DNA from: Candidatus Lokiarchaeum ossiferum
Lineage (GTDB): Archaea; Asgardarchaeota; Lokiarchaeia; Sigyniarchaeales; Promethearchaeaceae
DNA length: 32,000 nt
Direction of reading: 5' to 3'
NCBI GenBank assembly: GCA_025839675.1
Contig: CP104013.1
Span: 3,360,001 to 3,392,000, forward strand
How positions within the stretch are numbered: the stretch's first letter is position 1; each line of letters opens with the position of its first letter. The position numbers and the translations under genes are program-made. Shown piece by piece: positions 8,747 to 17,838 of the stretch. Under the pieces are notes generated by a model. The model had not been told where the DNA came from, did not search any database, and saw only the letters and a program-made list of their open reading frames with translations.

Positions 8747-10351
8747 ATGAAAAATCTTACTTTAAAAAAAAAAAAGAGCCGAGTTTATATAAGCATGGCG
8801 CTTTCCTTTCTATTTCTAGCTTTAATCCTTCTAGCTATTTTGATTCCAGTGATTTTTTTTGAATATGTTCGAAACAATGTTCTCACGTATTTTTTCTTTG
8901 GCTTAGAATGGAGAATTTCAACGATTCTGTTATTTCTCTTTCTTTTTTGCCTTGGAATTGGACTTGTCGGCTTCAAAACTTCAATAAAAGGAATCAATTC
9001 TCCGAAATTCGAAACAAAGATGAAAATCCCTTCCACTCCATTTGTGTGTGTGGGATTACTCTTGATCCTAGGAATTGCAAGTACATCATATTATGTTCCA
9101 TCATTGGGTGCAAATTCGGGACTTTCTCAAAAATATGGGCCATATCTCGGATTTCATGGGGATAATGAAATGATAATTGCCTGGGATTCATCCTTATCCG
9201 AACCTGCTTTGCTTGTGTATGGAACGGAACCTGAACATCTGGATTTGGATCAAGAAAGTACTGTAGAACCATGGTCTTTGAATGACAAAAATTTCCATCA
9301 CTATGTGATTTTAACCAATCTTACTCCCAATTCCGAGTACTTGTACAAAATCCCCCTCTTTAACAAAGAAATCTATCATTTCAAGACTGCTCCTCTCCCT
9401 GATTCGGGCGAACCGACAGTATTTACTATCGTGGGTGATATTCAAGGAGGATTTGCTGGGGAACGAGAGATGGTTTCTCAGATGGTCCAAGATCCCGATG
9501 GAATGGATTTTACTTGCATTGCGGGTGATTTAGTTAATGGAGATGATGTTCCTGCTCATTGGGCAACTATATTCCATAGTAAGGGCTATGGGCGCATCTC
9601 GGCTTCCGTACCATGGATGAATGTTCCTGGGAATCATGAACAATCTTGTGAAAATGAAAACTGCGGATTTCGTGAAAATTACAAATTGTTTTTTCAATAT
9701 AAATATCCCAGCAATAAAGTAAGTTTGCCCAATACACCTGATTATGGGTTATATTACTCATATAACTATTCCAATGTCCATATGGTTGCATTGGATAATT
9801 TTGATAATAATTCTTATTCTCAAGTGAATAACTATCCTCAAGGTTCATTTCTGACCACCGCCCAATTGGAATGGCTGGATCAAGATTTGACACGAAATAC
9901 GGATATGTGGAAATTTGTTTATATGCATGTTCCCATGTATTCCACTGGTGATTATGGCTCGAATCGCATACTTATTGATCAACTCGAACCTATTTTTGAA
10001 AAACACCATGTTGATGCTGTATTTTATGGGCATGATCATCATTTTGAATCATTCTATGTCAATCGGAGTTCTACAAATGGAACTTATCATTTTGTTGTTG
10101 GAACGGGGGGGGCAGGAACGGATGATTTAACTGATAGAACAGAATTAGGTGATCGTGCATGGACCGGAAAATTTCTTAATGTCAGTGAAGGTGAATATGA
10201 TACAACTCAAATGTATGGGTCCGAATATCAGTTATTTGGAGAAATGACTTATTGCTATATGAAAGTAAAAGTCGTTGGCACCATTGCTACTTTTTCCGCA
10301 ATTCGAAGTTCCGATGGTTCTTCCATTGTGGAGTTTGTTATATCCAAATAG
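8747..10351 (+). CDS. Membrane-anchored calcineurin-like metallophosphoesterase, purple-acid-phosphatase-like
   Basis: 534 aa with about three N-terminal TM helices. These are followed by a PAP-type N-domain and the five phosphoesterase motifs in order: VGDIQGG, AGDLVNGDD, PGNHE, MHVPMYS, GHDHHFE. It has many NxS/T sequons. Confidence 0.8.
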   Translation: MKNLTLKKKKSRVYISMALSFLFLALILLAILIPVIFFEYVRNNVLTYFFFGLEWRISTILLFLFLFCLGIGLVGFKTSIKGINSPKFETKMKIPSTPFVCVGLLLILGIASTSYYVPSLGANSGLSQKYGPYLGFHGDNEMIIAWDSSLSEPALLVYGTEPEHLDLDQESTVEPWSLNDKNFHHYVILTNLTPNSEYLYKIPLFNKEIYHFKTAPLPDSGEPTVFTIVGDIQGGFAGEREMVSQMVQDPDGMDFTCIAGDLVNGDDVPAHWATIFHSKGYGRISASVPWMNVPGNHEQSCENENCGFRENYKLFFQYKYPSNKVSLPNTPDYGLYYSYNYSNVHMVALDNFDNNSYSQVNNYPQGSFLTTAQLEWLDQDLTRNTDMWKFVYMHVPMYSTGDYGSNRILIDQLEPIFEKHHVDAVFYGHDHHFESFYVNRSSTNGTYHFVVGTGGAGTDDLTDRTELGDRAWTGKFLNVSEGEYDTTQMYGSEYQLFGEMTYCYMKVKVVGTIATFSAIRSSDGSSIVEFVISK

Positions 10352-10403
10352 TTTTTTATTGTGAAAAAATCAACCCTTAATAAAAAAACCGTAATGAAAA
10401 ACC

Positions 10404-11942
10404 ATGCGTGTAAGAAATCGAACATCAATCAAAATAAAAACAATTTTCACCATTTTGTTAATCTTTTCGCCTTTTACCTTCTTCACAGCTCTTGGAATCC
10501 GGGTTGCAAGTATTTATGATGACATGTTATCATTCCAATATGAAGTAGGCCAACCAAATCCCGATGAAGATTTTCTCTATCCAACCGCCAATTATACGCG
10601 CATGAATGCAATGGCGCGTGTATATGATTATTTATATCAAAAAAATCATCTGCCCTTAAATTTTACCGCGACCTGTGACTATGTTGATGAAAATTATACC
10701 GAAGTAGCGAGTTATCAGTTTTCTGATAATGGGGCACTTTGGACGGGCATTCCCATGGCCGGATGGGTGTTTCATTATGTCGCAGCTCAAAATGAAGGGA
10801 ACGTAACAGATATTGCCTACGCTCTTGAGGTGATTCAACGTATGGTAAATGGATTTTCCATGCTGATGATCGTACCTAATGGAGGATTGGGACCGGAATA
10901 TTCTGGAATTCTGGCTCGAGGTTGGGCAGGTCCCGAACATAAAGATATTCATCCCTCTCTTTTTCAAGATCATATTCGGCATTTTAACGGTACGGGAGAT
11001 TATAGCAATTATCGATGGCGGGGGCATACTTCAAATGATGAATATGCAGGATTCTACCTCGGATTAGCTGTATGTCTGAAATATGTTGAAGATCCTTATG
11101 TGCAAACGACTGTGGGATTAATTGTTGAACAACTCGCCAACTATATGCGACAAACTAACTTTTTAGGGATCAATGGACCCGGCGGACCAAGTGGTGTAGA
11201 GCAAAAGGCACGGGTTTATACGGGAGGTTATTGGGTCTCCCTTTTATTAAAAATGGCTGCGATGGTAAATCCTGAAGAATATGAAGAAGACTATTATCAT
11301 TATGTGGCCGCAGAAATGGGGTCTTTGGCTGCTGCCGAATCGGCAGATACCGAATCCATGGCGAACTATTATGCTTACAATTTCGCTCATTGTGTTGTAT
11401 TTGCATTTTTGTTATTGGAAGGAACCGAAACCAAAATTGGACAACATTACTACAATCACTATTTCGATTCTTTGCGTACTTATACTCAATATCATCGGAA
11501 TCCATGGTTCAATGTCATTTTTCTAGCCCTATCTGCAAAACCGGGAGATTATCCTATTATCGAACGAGATATCGAAGATCAGTTGTTGCGGATGCAGATC
11601 AATCATTTTCCAGATCGCCATTATCCAACCTTGCCTGTTCCAGATTCCTATGAACGGAATATGGAAATCCCTGCTATTGAAGAAGACTTGAAGGATCACA
11701 ATTGGTGGACCCTTTACAAACTTTTATTTATTGAAACAGACTGGCAAGAAACCTACTATACGAAACCCTTAACAGTAGAATATATGCGTTCTTCCCACTT
11801 CATTTGGGAGAAAAATCCTTGGGAATTGGGGAGTAGTAGTAATAATACCTTACATGAAGAACCAGGTGCGACGTTTTTCACGCCTTATTGGATTGGAAGG
11901 GCTTTTGGGTTTATTCAACCAACAGGAATACGGGTGATTTAA
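10404..11942 (+). CDS. Uncharacterised signal-anchored extracytoplasmic protein, family A (paralog of 20786-22372)
   Basis: 512 aa with an N-terminal anchor (IFTILLIFSPFTFFTALGI) and many NxS/T sequons. It shares blocks with the other copy: SDNGALWTG, IVPNGGLGPEYSG, RHFNGTGDYSNYRWRGHTSNDEYAGFYLGLA, LLLKMAAMVNPEEY, NYYAYNF, HRNPWFN. Confidence 0.7.
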   Translation: MRVRNRTSIKIKTIFTILLIFSPFTFFTALGIRVASIYDDMLSFQYEVGQPNPDEDFLYPTANYTRMNAMARVYDYLYQKNHLPLNFTATCDYVDENYTEVASYQFSDNGALWTGIPMAGWVFHYVAAQNEGNVTDIAYALEVIQRMVNGFSMLMIVPNGGLGPEYSGILARGWAGPEHKDIHPSLFQDHIRHFNGTGDYSNYRWRGHTSNDEYAGFYLGLAVCLKYVEDPYVQTTVGLIVEQLANYMRQTNFLGINGPGGPSGVEQKARVYTGGYWVSLLLKMAAMVNPEEYEEDYYHYVAAEMGSLAAAESADTESMANYYAYNFAHCVVFAFLLLEGTETKIGQHYYNHYFDSLRTYTQYHRNPWFNVIFLALSAKPGDYPIIERDIEDQLLRMQINHFPDRHYPTLPVPDSYERNMEIPAIEEDLKDHNWWTLYKLLFIETDWQETYYTKPLTVEYMRSSHFIWEKNPWELGSSSNNTLHEEPGATFFTPYWIGRAFGFIQPTGIRVI

Positions 11943-11944
11943 TC

Positions 11945-13816
11945 ATGGTGATAATAGATGCGAAAATTCTATCGAAGGAGGAAATTGAGACACTAAATGC
12001 TCCTAATTCCTCAAAATTAAAACTCAAATGGGTATTTTTATCTATCGGGATTATTTTATTCATCCTTGCCATCTTATTCTATGTATTTGCCTGGAATATT
12101 GCCTTCCTTGCAATCGATATTACATATAATCGGGAGACCTTTAGCCTCAATCTCTCTATTCTTTTTGCTTCCGTTCTTCTGACTGCAAGTTTGCTTGTTA
12201 TCTCTCAAGTCTGGATGAATACCAGTAATTATAGCGAAAATTCACTTCATCTGGAAAGATTCTCGGAAAACATTGAAACTCCTCTTTACAATGGTAAAGT
12301 TGATCGAAAGATGGAGGAAGTGGATCAAATCCAGTTCCGCCACTATGTAACCAGTCGGTTTATCGCAGCCATTATAATTCTATTATTAGCAGCCATCAAT
12401 ATGTCTGTATTTGGCACTGCCATTGATGATGAAAATCATCTGGGGAGTTGGTTTTTTCTGGGGGGACCCTCAATGTTCTTTCCTATGAGTGCTTTCATGT
12501 TCTTAGTCGCTCTTGGTTTATTGGGTTATACCTTATTTTCGACAGCTATCTTTACTTTTACGAAAACGAAACATTTCTATTTGATTGAAGAACGACGAAT
12601 TTTTATTCCTTTGATGACCGAGATTCCTCGTGAAAATATCCGAGGCATCCGTATAACCAATGCAAAAACGGGGCCAAAGTACTTTTGGATCATACTCGCA
12701 GGGTTTAATTTGATCCTTTGTTTTACAGATGGCTTATATTTTCTAACTAATGAATTTGCTTTTGGATCGGGATTAATTGTGGGAAAATTTTATATCCTTA
12801 CGGGAATTGGACACTTAATTGCGATTGGGATTTTAGTGTTCAAACATCAAAACATGTTGGAAATAGTAACAAACGATAAAATCTATGAACTTTACTTCTC
12901 CACCCCCGCAGCTCCCATGGTAAAAGATGGAATTTTAGCTTTGTTTAACTTATACCCTCCAATTAACTCTACATCGATGCTTCCAAAAAAATTCTTACGG
13001 GATGGTCGCAATTTGGTTACAGGGCTATTCTTTTTACTATGTGCTATTCTTAGTGCTGCATTGTATCGTGGAGCAGGTGTTCCAGTAAGAATTCCTCTCT
13101 ATATTTTTGGGGCCGTTTTAGTGGTTCGGGGAATTAAAGAGGATTTTACAAACAAAAATGGGCTTCAAATTGAAAAAAACGAGGAAAAACAAACACTATA
13201 TCTGAAAAAACGATTTGGATGGTTCCAATCGAACTATAAGTTTTCAAATTTTGCTTCTAAATCCTTACAAGTAGAGTACCAGATGAAAAAACTAAATACT
13301 TTTGATGTGCTAATGGGAATTTCCTTCGGATTTGTTTTGGGGTTAAATCTTTGTTCCTTTTTCTATATCGTACCCAGTAATTCACTTGCAAGCGGGATGA
13401 AAGTGTTTCACATCATTGGATCTATTATTTTGTTCTTCATTGTTATTGCAGTGATGATAATGCCAACCAATTCTTTGATAATTGAGAACAAATTTTTATC
13501 GTACTCCTATCCAATTCCAGGAATACTATCAGAAGCCCAACAAAAAACCATGGAAGGGAAAAATATCTTTGAACGATTGTTCCTCAGGTGGAAAAATGTA
13601 TACATTTATCATTCGGAAGGATTCTGGTATCGCATTGCATTGATTGTAATGAGTTTCTTCTTTGGTATGATCTTTTATGGACAATATGTTGCCTCTTTTG
13701 GAATTTGGTTTGTTCCATTGATCTTATTAATTGTGTTGATTGGATATTTTATTACTCGAGAAATAGTCCAACGAAGAAAACAAAACCCTTCCATACAAAA
13801 ATTACAGGAAAACTAA
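11945..13816 (+). CDS. Uncharacterised polytopic membrane protein, family B (paralog of 19304-20782)
   Basis: I place the start at ATG 11945, which is 2 nt after the family-A stop and has GGGTGAT 8-14 nt upstream. The listed 11888 start would overlap the upstream gene. The protein has at least 12 hydrophobic helices. Two soluble loop modules are shared with B' (ERRIFIPLMTEIPRENIRGIRITNAKTGPKYFWIIL; KQTLYLKKRFGWFQSNYKF...LNTFDVLMGISFG). Confidence 0.65.
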   Translation: MVIIDAKILSKEEIETLNAPNSSKLKLKWVFLSIGIILFILAILFYVFAWNIAFLAIDITYNRETFSLNLSILFASVLLTASLLVISQVWMNTSNYSENSLHLERFSENIETPLYNGKVDRKMEEVDQIQFRHYVTSRFIAAIIILLLAAINMSVFGTAIDDENHLGSWFFLGGPSMFFPMSAFMFLVALGLLGYTLFSTAIFTFTKTKHFYLIEERRIFIPLMTEIPRENIRGIRITNAKTGPKYFWIILAGFNLILCFTDGLYFLTNEFAFGSGLIVGKFYILTGIGHLIAIGILVFKHQNMLEIVTNDKIYELYFSTPAAPMVKDGILALFNLYPPINSTSMLPKKFLRDGRNLVTGLFFLLCAILSAALYRGAGVPVRIPLYIFGAVLVVRGIKEDFTNKNGLQIEKNEEKQTLYLKKRFGWFQSNYKFSNFASKSLQVEYQMKKLNTFDVLMGISFGFVLGLNLCSFFYIVPSNSLASGMKVFHIIGSIILFFIVIAVMIMPTNSLIIENKFLSYSYPIPGILSEAQQKTMEGKNIFERLFLRWKNVYIYHSEGFWYRIALIVMSFFFGMIFYGQYVASFGIWFVPLILLIVLIGYFITREIVQRRKQNPSIQKLQEN

Positions 13817-13820
13817 CAAC

Positions 13821-15407
13821 ATGGAAAATAATTCCCCAAATCCTAGAATTTTGAATGAAAAAGAGTCAGATTCAAAAGGTTGGAAAACGATCCTCAAGGA
13901 TTTTAAGCCCATTTTGTATTTTATCCCCCTAATTCTTCTAATTAGCTCTGATGAAGCGACTCTTCTAGTAAATGAGGTGATTATTGTAGTCTATTTTAAC
14001 TTAGAAAGTAACCTTACCATGTTTGGTGCTTTACTTGGTTCTTCTCAAATTGTTAAAGCAGTCTCCCTTCTGATCTTTGGTTATCTTGCTGATAAATTTC
14101 AACGAAAAAAACTTTTATTATTTTCCTCTCTCGGTTGGGCGATAACGGATATTTTAATTGGGTTTTCGCGCTCCTTTGCGGGATTATTCATATTTCGGTT
14201 ATTAAGCTCTGCATGTTCTGGCGCAGCAGCATCAGTAATTCTAAGCCTACTCGCTGATTCGTTCTCCAGTGATGATCGTGGATTGTCCTTCGCGATATGG
14301 ACCATGATCAGCACAATTGGGGTAGCAATTGGAGGAATACTTTGTACCGCTTTCAATAAAGTGAAAGTAGATTTTGACGCAGATGCGGATGATTTCATCT
14401 CTCGAATTCAAAATATTCGTGGTACAAATTCCCTCGAAATAATCCGACAATCTTGGCAGACTCCCTTTCTTGTATTTGGTTTAATTGGAATTGCATTCAT
14501 TATTCTCGCGATGTTTTTCAAAGAACCGAAACGTGCTGCGAAAGAAAAAATGCTCGCTACAGTATTGGCTCATGAAAATGTTGATTATAACAAGTTTTAT
14601 TCCATTAAATTTTCAGATTTAAACCATATTTGGAAACGAAAAACCAATTTCTTTCTCATTATCAATTTTGTTGATACAATTTTAGCTGGAATGATTGTTG
14701 GATTTCTTATTATGTGGATATCCGTAGATATGGGCTTTGATGTAAATAATGCTTCTTCAATCGGATATTTATTGCTATTTCTGGTTCCAATTATCGCAGG
14801 TCTCGTATGGGGGAATTTTTATTGGCCTAGAAGAGCGGATAAGGCTGTGAAAGCTGGAAATTCTACAGCCCGTGTAAGAATGGCCACATTTCTAGGGTGG
14901 GTTCATCTACCCTTCTTATTCGCCGGATTTGCTATTATCCCAAATTATCAAAACTTAACGCTGTTTAAAGGGGCACTGCAAGCCAATCCTATCACCTTTG
15001 GCATCGGACTGGTCGTTATGGGATTATTGATCGGGATTGGAATGTCTTTTGAAATGGCTGTGGGGCCGCTTCATTACTCTGCAATGGTAGATGTGAATCT
15101 TCCTGAGCACCGTTCTACTATGATCGCCGCAGCATCTTTCATGGATGCCATCGGTAGAGCTCTTGGAACTACATTGGGTGCAGTGATCATGGATTATTTC
15201 CTAAATGTTCGCCAGAGTCCCAGTCCAATTTCAGAAACCCTCCTATTTTCCTTACTCACCTTTGGTATTGGATCAGGATTACTTTGGCTCCCAATTTATA
15301 AATATGCAAAAGGAGATTTTGCAGAAATCGCAGCGATTTTAAAAGAACGAAAAATCCAAATTGAAATAAACTATAGGATGAATAGAAAGGAAACTGATAC
15401 TTCATGA
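13821..15407 (+). CDS. Major facilitator superfamily transporter
   Basis: 528 aa with about 12 TM helices and an MFS motif-A-like GYLADKFQRKKLLL between TM2 and TM3. It starts 4 nt after the family-B stop. Confidence 0.75.
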   Translation: MENNSPNPRILNEKESDSKGWKTILKDFKPILYFIPLILLISSDEATLLVNEVIIVVYFNLESNLTMFGALLGSSQIVKAVSLLIFGYLADKFQRKKLLLFSSLGWAITDILIGFSRSFAGLFIFRLLSSACSGAAASVILSLLADSFSSDDRGLSFAIWTMISTIGVAIGGILCTAFNKVKVDFDADADDFISRIQNIRGTNSLEIIRQSWQTPFLVFGLIGIAFIILAMFFKEPKRAAKEKMLATVLAHENVDYNKFYSIKFSDLNHIWKRKTNFFLIINFVDTILAGMIVGFLIMWISVDMGFDVNNASSIGYLLLFLVPIIAGLVWGNFYWPRRADKAVKAGNSTARVRMATFLGWVHLPFLFAGFAIIPNYQNLTLFKGALQANPITFGIGLVVMGLLIGIGMSFEMAVGPLHYSAMVDVNLPEHRSTMIAAASFMDAIGRALGTTLGAVIMDYFLNVRQSPSPISETLLFSLLTFGIGSGLLWLPIYKYAKGDFAEIAAILKERKIQIEINYRMNRKETDTS

Positions 15408-16888
15408 AAGTCTCATTTGGAAAAACGATTATTACACCACAAAATGGTGGCCATGGTGTGCCGATGGCCGGTTATACTCGACTATTTTTTGCTCAAGGGA
15501 AACTAGATGATATTTTCGCTCGAGGTATGTTGATAGAAGAAAATACAAAAGAAAGCGATCCGAAACGACTTCTCGTGATCAGTCTGGATCTGTTAAAAGT
15601 CCCTTTGGCAATTAGTGAATATATTAAAATAAAAATTCAAGAACAAACAAATTTTGGGGACAATTCAGAGCAAATTTTAATTCATGCGACCCATACTCAT
15701 TCTGCACCTGATTTAACGGGAGAATTTTATTGGCCAGGGTCTTCCTTAAATGTATTTCGTGGCATCATGTTTGGGGCTAATAGAAATGATAGATATATTG
15801 TATTTTTCACCCACCGGATCATTACCATGGTTCGTCAATTAATTCTTGATCTCACACCCTCGAAAATCGCGCAAGCGACTCACCTAATAGAAGAAAATAT
15901 TGTGATCAATCGTCGAAATCCGCTTAGAAAATCCAAAATTCCCCTCTGGTTGCTTGTATTTAAAAGAATTGATAATGATCAAATTTTTGGCATCCTTGGT
16001 AATTATGGGATGCATCCGACATCCTTATCCAATCGGAATGATAAATTGTCTGCAGATTATCCAGGAAGGTTTTGTTATCATATCGAATCGGAAACAGAGA
16101 ATAAAATTCATGCAATTTTCATTACGGGGGCTGCCGGGGATCTTAATCCGATTACTACCTGCGGTACCGATTTTGAAACCCTTGAAAATGATCCAAAGGC
16201 TCGAAAAACCGTATATGATCAGCTCGGAACTTACACGCATACAAAGAAGCTAGGCTTTTTCTTGGGAAATACAGCTTTGCAGGTGGCACGTGCCGTCAAT
16301 AAAGATGATTATTTTGATATAATTAGGATTCGCGGTTTTACCAAAGCAATTTCCATAATCATTGAAGATAAGCAGCCTTATGTCTATAAATGGGGGACAT
16401 GGTTGACAAATAAGCTGGTTTTTTATCTCAAACGACTTTTTTTGTTTCCAATGGCCCTTAAACATGCAAGTGGGCAAGACCCCAATTTTCCAGCAATGTA
16501 TTTAACCTACGATTCTAAGAAAAAAAAGGTCAAGGATCGCATGAAAGTGAATACATTGCTTCAATTATTGCATTTAAAACTATATAAGTCTATTAATCCT
16601 TCTGATGTTTTAAAAATAAATCTCATTGGAGTTCCAGGGGAGGTTTTCGAAGATTTAGCTGAAAAACTTATTCATATACAACCTGAGATGACCTCAAATA
16701 ATCATATATTCCAGAATTCCAATGATTGGGTGGCATATTTATTTGAACTAAAAGATTATATTGGACAAGGCGGATATGAACCGATTGCTTCTGCTTCACC
16801 CCATTGTGGACAAGAAATCTTGAAAAAATTCAAAATGTTTTTTAATGAAATTCAAGTCGAAATCGAAAAGATATCATTTGATATATAA
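15404..16888 (+). CDS. Neutral/alkaline ceramidase-like hydrolase (N-terminal catalytic domain family)
   Basis: 494 aa. The order GKTIITP...GVPMAGYT...ARGMLIE...RLLVISLDLL...ILIHATHTHSAPD...VINRRNP...YGMHPTSLSNRNDKLSADYPGRF matches my recollection of the neutral ceramidase catalytic domain. The ATGA start overlaps the MFS stop. Confidence 0.6.
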   Translation: MKVSFGKTIITPQNGGHGVPMAGYTRLFFAQGKLDDIFARGMLIEENTKESDPKRLLVISLDLLKVPLAISEYIKIKIQEQTNFGDNSEQILIHATHTHSAPDLTGEFYWPGSSLNVFRGIMFGANRNDRYIVFFTHRIITMVRQLILDLTPSKIAQATHLIEENIVINRRNPLRKSKIPLWLLVFKRIDNDQIFGILGNYGMHPTSLSNRNDKLSADYPGRFCYHIESETENKIHAIFITGAAGDLNPITTCGTDFETLENDPKARKTVYDQLGTYTHTKKLGFFLGNTALQVARAVNKDDYFDIIRIRGFTKAISIIIEDKQPYVYKWGTWLTNKLVFYLKRLFLFPMALKHASGQDPNFPAMYLTYDSKKKKVKDRMKVNTLLQLLHLKLYKSINPSDVLKINLIGVPGEVFEDLAEKLIHIQPEMTSNNHIFQNSNDWVAYLFELKDYIGQGGYEPIASASPHCGQEILKKFKMFFNEIQVEIEKISFDI

Positions 16889-17794
16889 TATTTTTTTCAT
16901 TCTTTTCCAAGCAAAAATCGCCATCATCGGAGAACAGATCAAAATAATGGGTTGGTACCAGAGAAAATGAAGGAACATATACCTTATGCTAATTAATCCT
17001 GCAATAAGGGCAGTGAAACAAATAGCAAATAATATACCCCACTGGAATTCTTCAAATTTTGCATAAGTGGGAACATTATCCGCTTCCTGTTCTGGTATAT
17101 TCAAAACTCCATAGTAGATCCAGGCCGCTATCAAAATCCCAATTATAATGGACCAAAATCCATCACTTAAAAAGTGATCGCCTTCAAAAACTCTTCCTAA
17201 CGCCATTAAGATGGCATATCCTATGGTTAAGATAAAAACGGGAACTATTATTCCTTTTCTTTTGGTTCCAAGTGAGATAAATGCGATAACAACTAGAAAA
17301 ATGGCCACATTAGTATGTCCGGATGTAAAAGATCCGTGACTTAAAGCCTCAGTAAAACTTAATTTACCAAAAATCCACATATGGGAATACATTGAAGGAT
17401 CATCCGCTACTACTCCAGGGCGAGCCCGTGCAAAAAGGACTTTGAAGCCTCGGTTGATTATTGCTAGTACCAAAATTACCGCCAGCATAAATCCAGAATA
17501 TTTTCGACTTGAAATGAGTTTGTCTTGCATTTTTGGGATATAGGAAACTAAATAGACGCCTAATGATAAGAGGATCAGAATATATGAGAAATCTTGCCCC
17601 CCAAAACGATCCCCATCAAAAAGTGTCCTATCAAAGAAATTGGCATACGCCGATAGAAATGGGCTAGAAGCCGTCATTGACACAAACGATTCAGATATTC
17701 TCAGATCATAAATTCCAAGAAAAATTGATCCGAGTATTGCAATCCCTGTTAAAATAGGAAGAAAAACCCTTACCATAGTTTTTTTTTCACTCAT
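16874..17794 (-). CDS. PAP2-family lipid phosphate phosphatase (copy 1)
   Basis: 306 aa integral membrane protein. It has the three PAP2 motifs KVLFARARPG, SFTSGHT and GRVFEGDHFLSDG. Its 3' end overlaps the convergent ceramidase-like gene by 15 nt. Confidence 0.8.
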   Translation of the reverse strand: MSEKKTMVRVFLPILTGIAILGSIFLGIYDLRISESFVSMTASSPFLSAYANFFDRTLFDGDRFGGQDFSYILILLSLGVYLVSYIPKMQDKLISSRKYSGFMLAVILVLAIINRGFKVLFARARPGVVADDPSMYSHMWIFGKLSFTEALSHGSFTSGHTNVAIFLVVIAFISLGTKRKGIIVPVFILTIGYAILMALGRVFEGDHFLSDGFWSIIIGILIAAWIYYGVLNIPEQEADNVPTYAKFEEFQWGILFAICFTALIAGLISIRYMFLHFLWYQPIILICSPMMAIFAWKRMKKILYIK

Positions 17795-17838
17795 TAATAT
17801 AATGGAGATTTTATTTGGTTATAAAATTAATATTAAAT

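Noticed and set aside
8785-11653. Numerous 60-125 aa antisense or out-of-frame ORFs overlapping the phosphoesterase and family-A genes
   Set aside because: All are nested within longer ORFs that carry clear motif or paralog support. None has motifs of its own.
11888-11944. Upstream extension of the family-B gene (MDWKGFWVYSTNRNTGDLI...)
   Set aside because: It overlaps the last 55 nt of the family-A gene. The internal ATG at 11945 has a good SD and reproduces the 2-3 nt A-B spacing seen in the mirror copy.
17815-17838. TTG start at 17815 for the cupin-like ORF
   Set aside because: It sits 20 nt from the divergent PAP2 start and adds a hydrophobic MVIKLILN extension with no RBS. ATG 17839 is the more conservative start, though this is uncertain.
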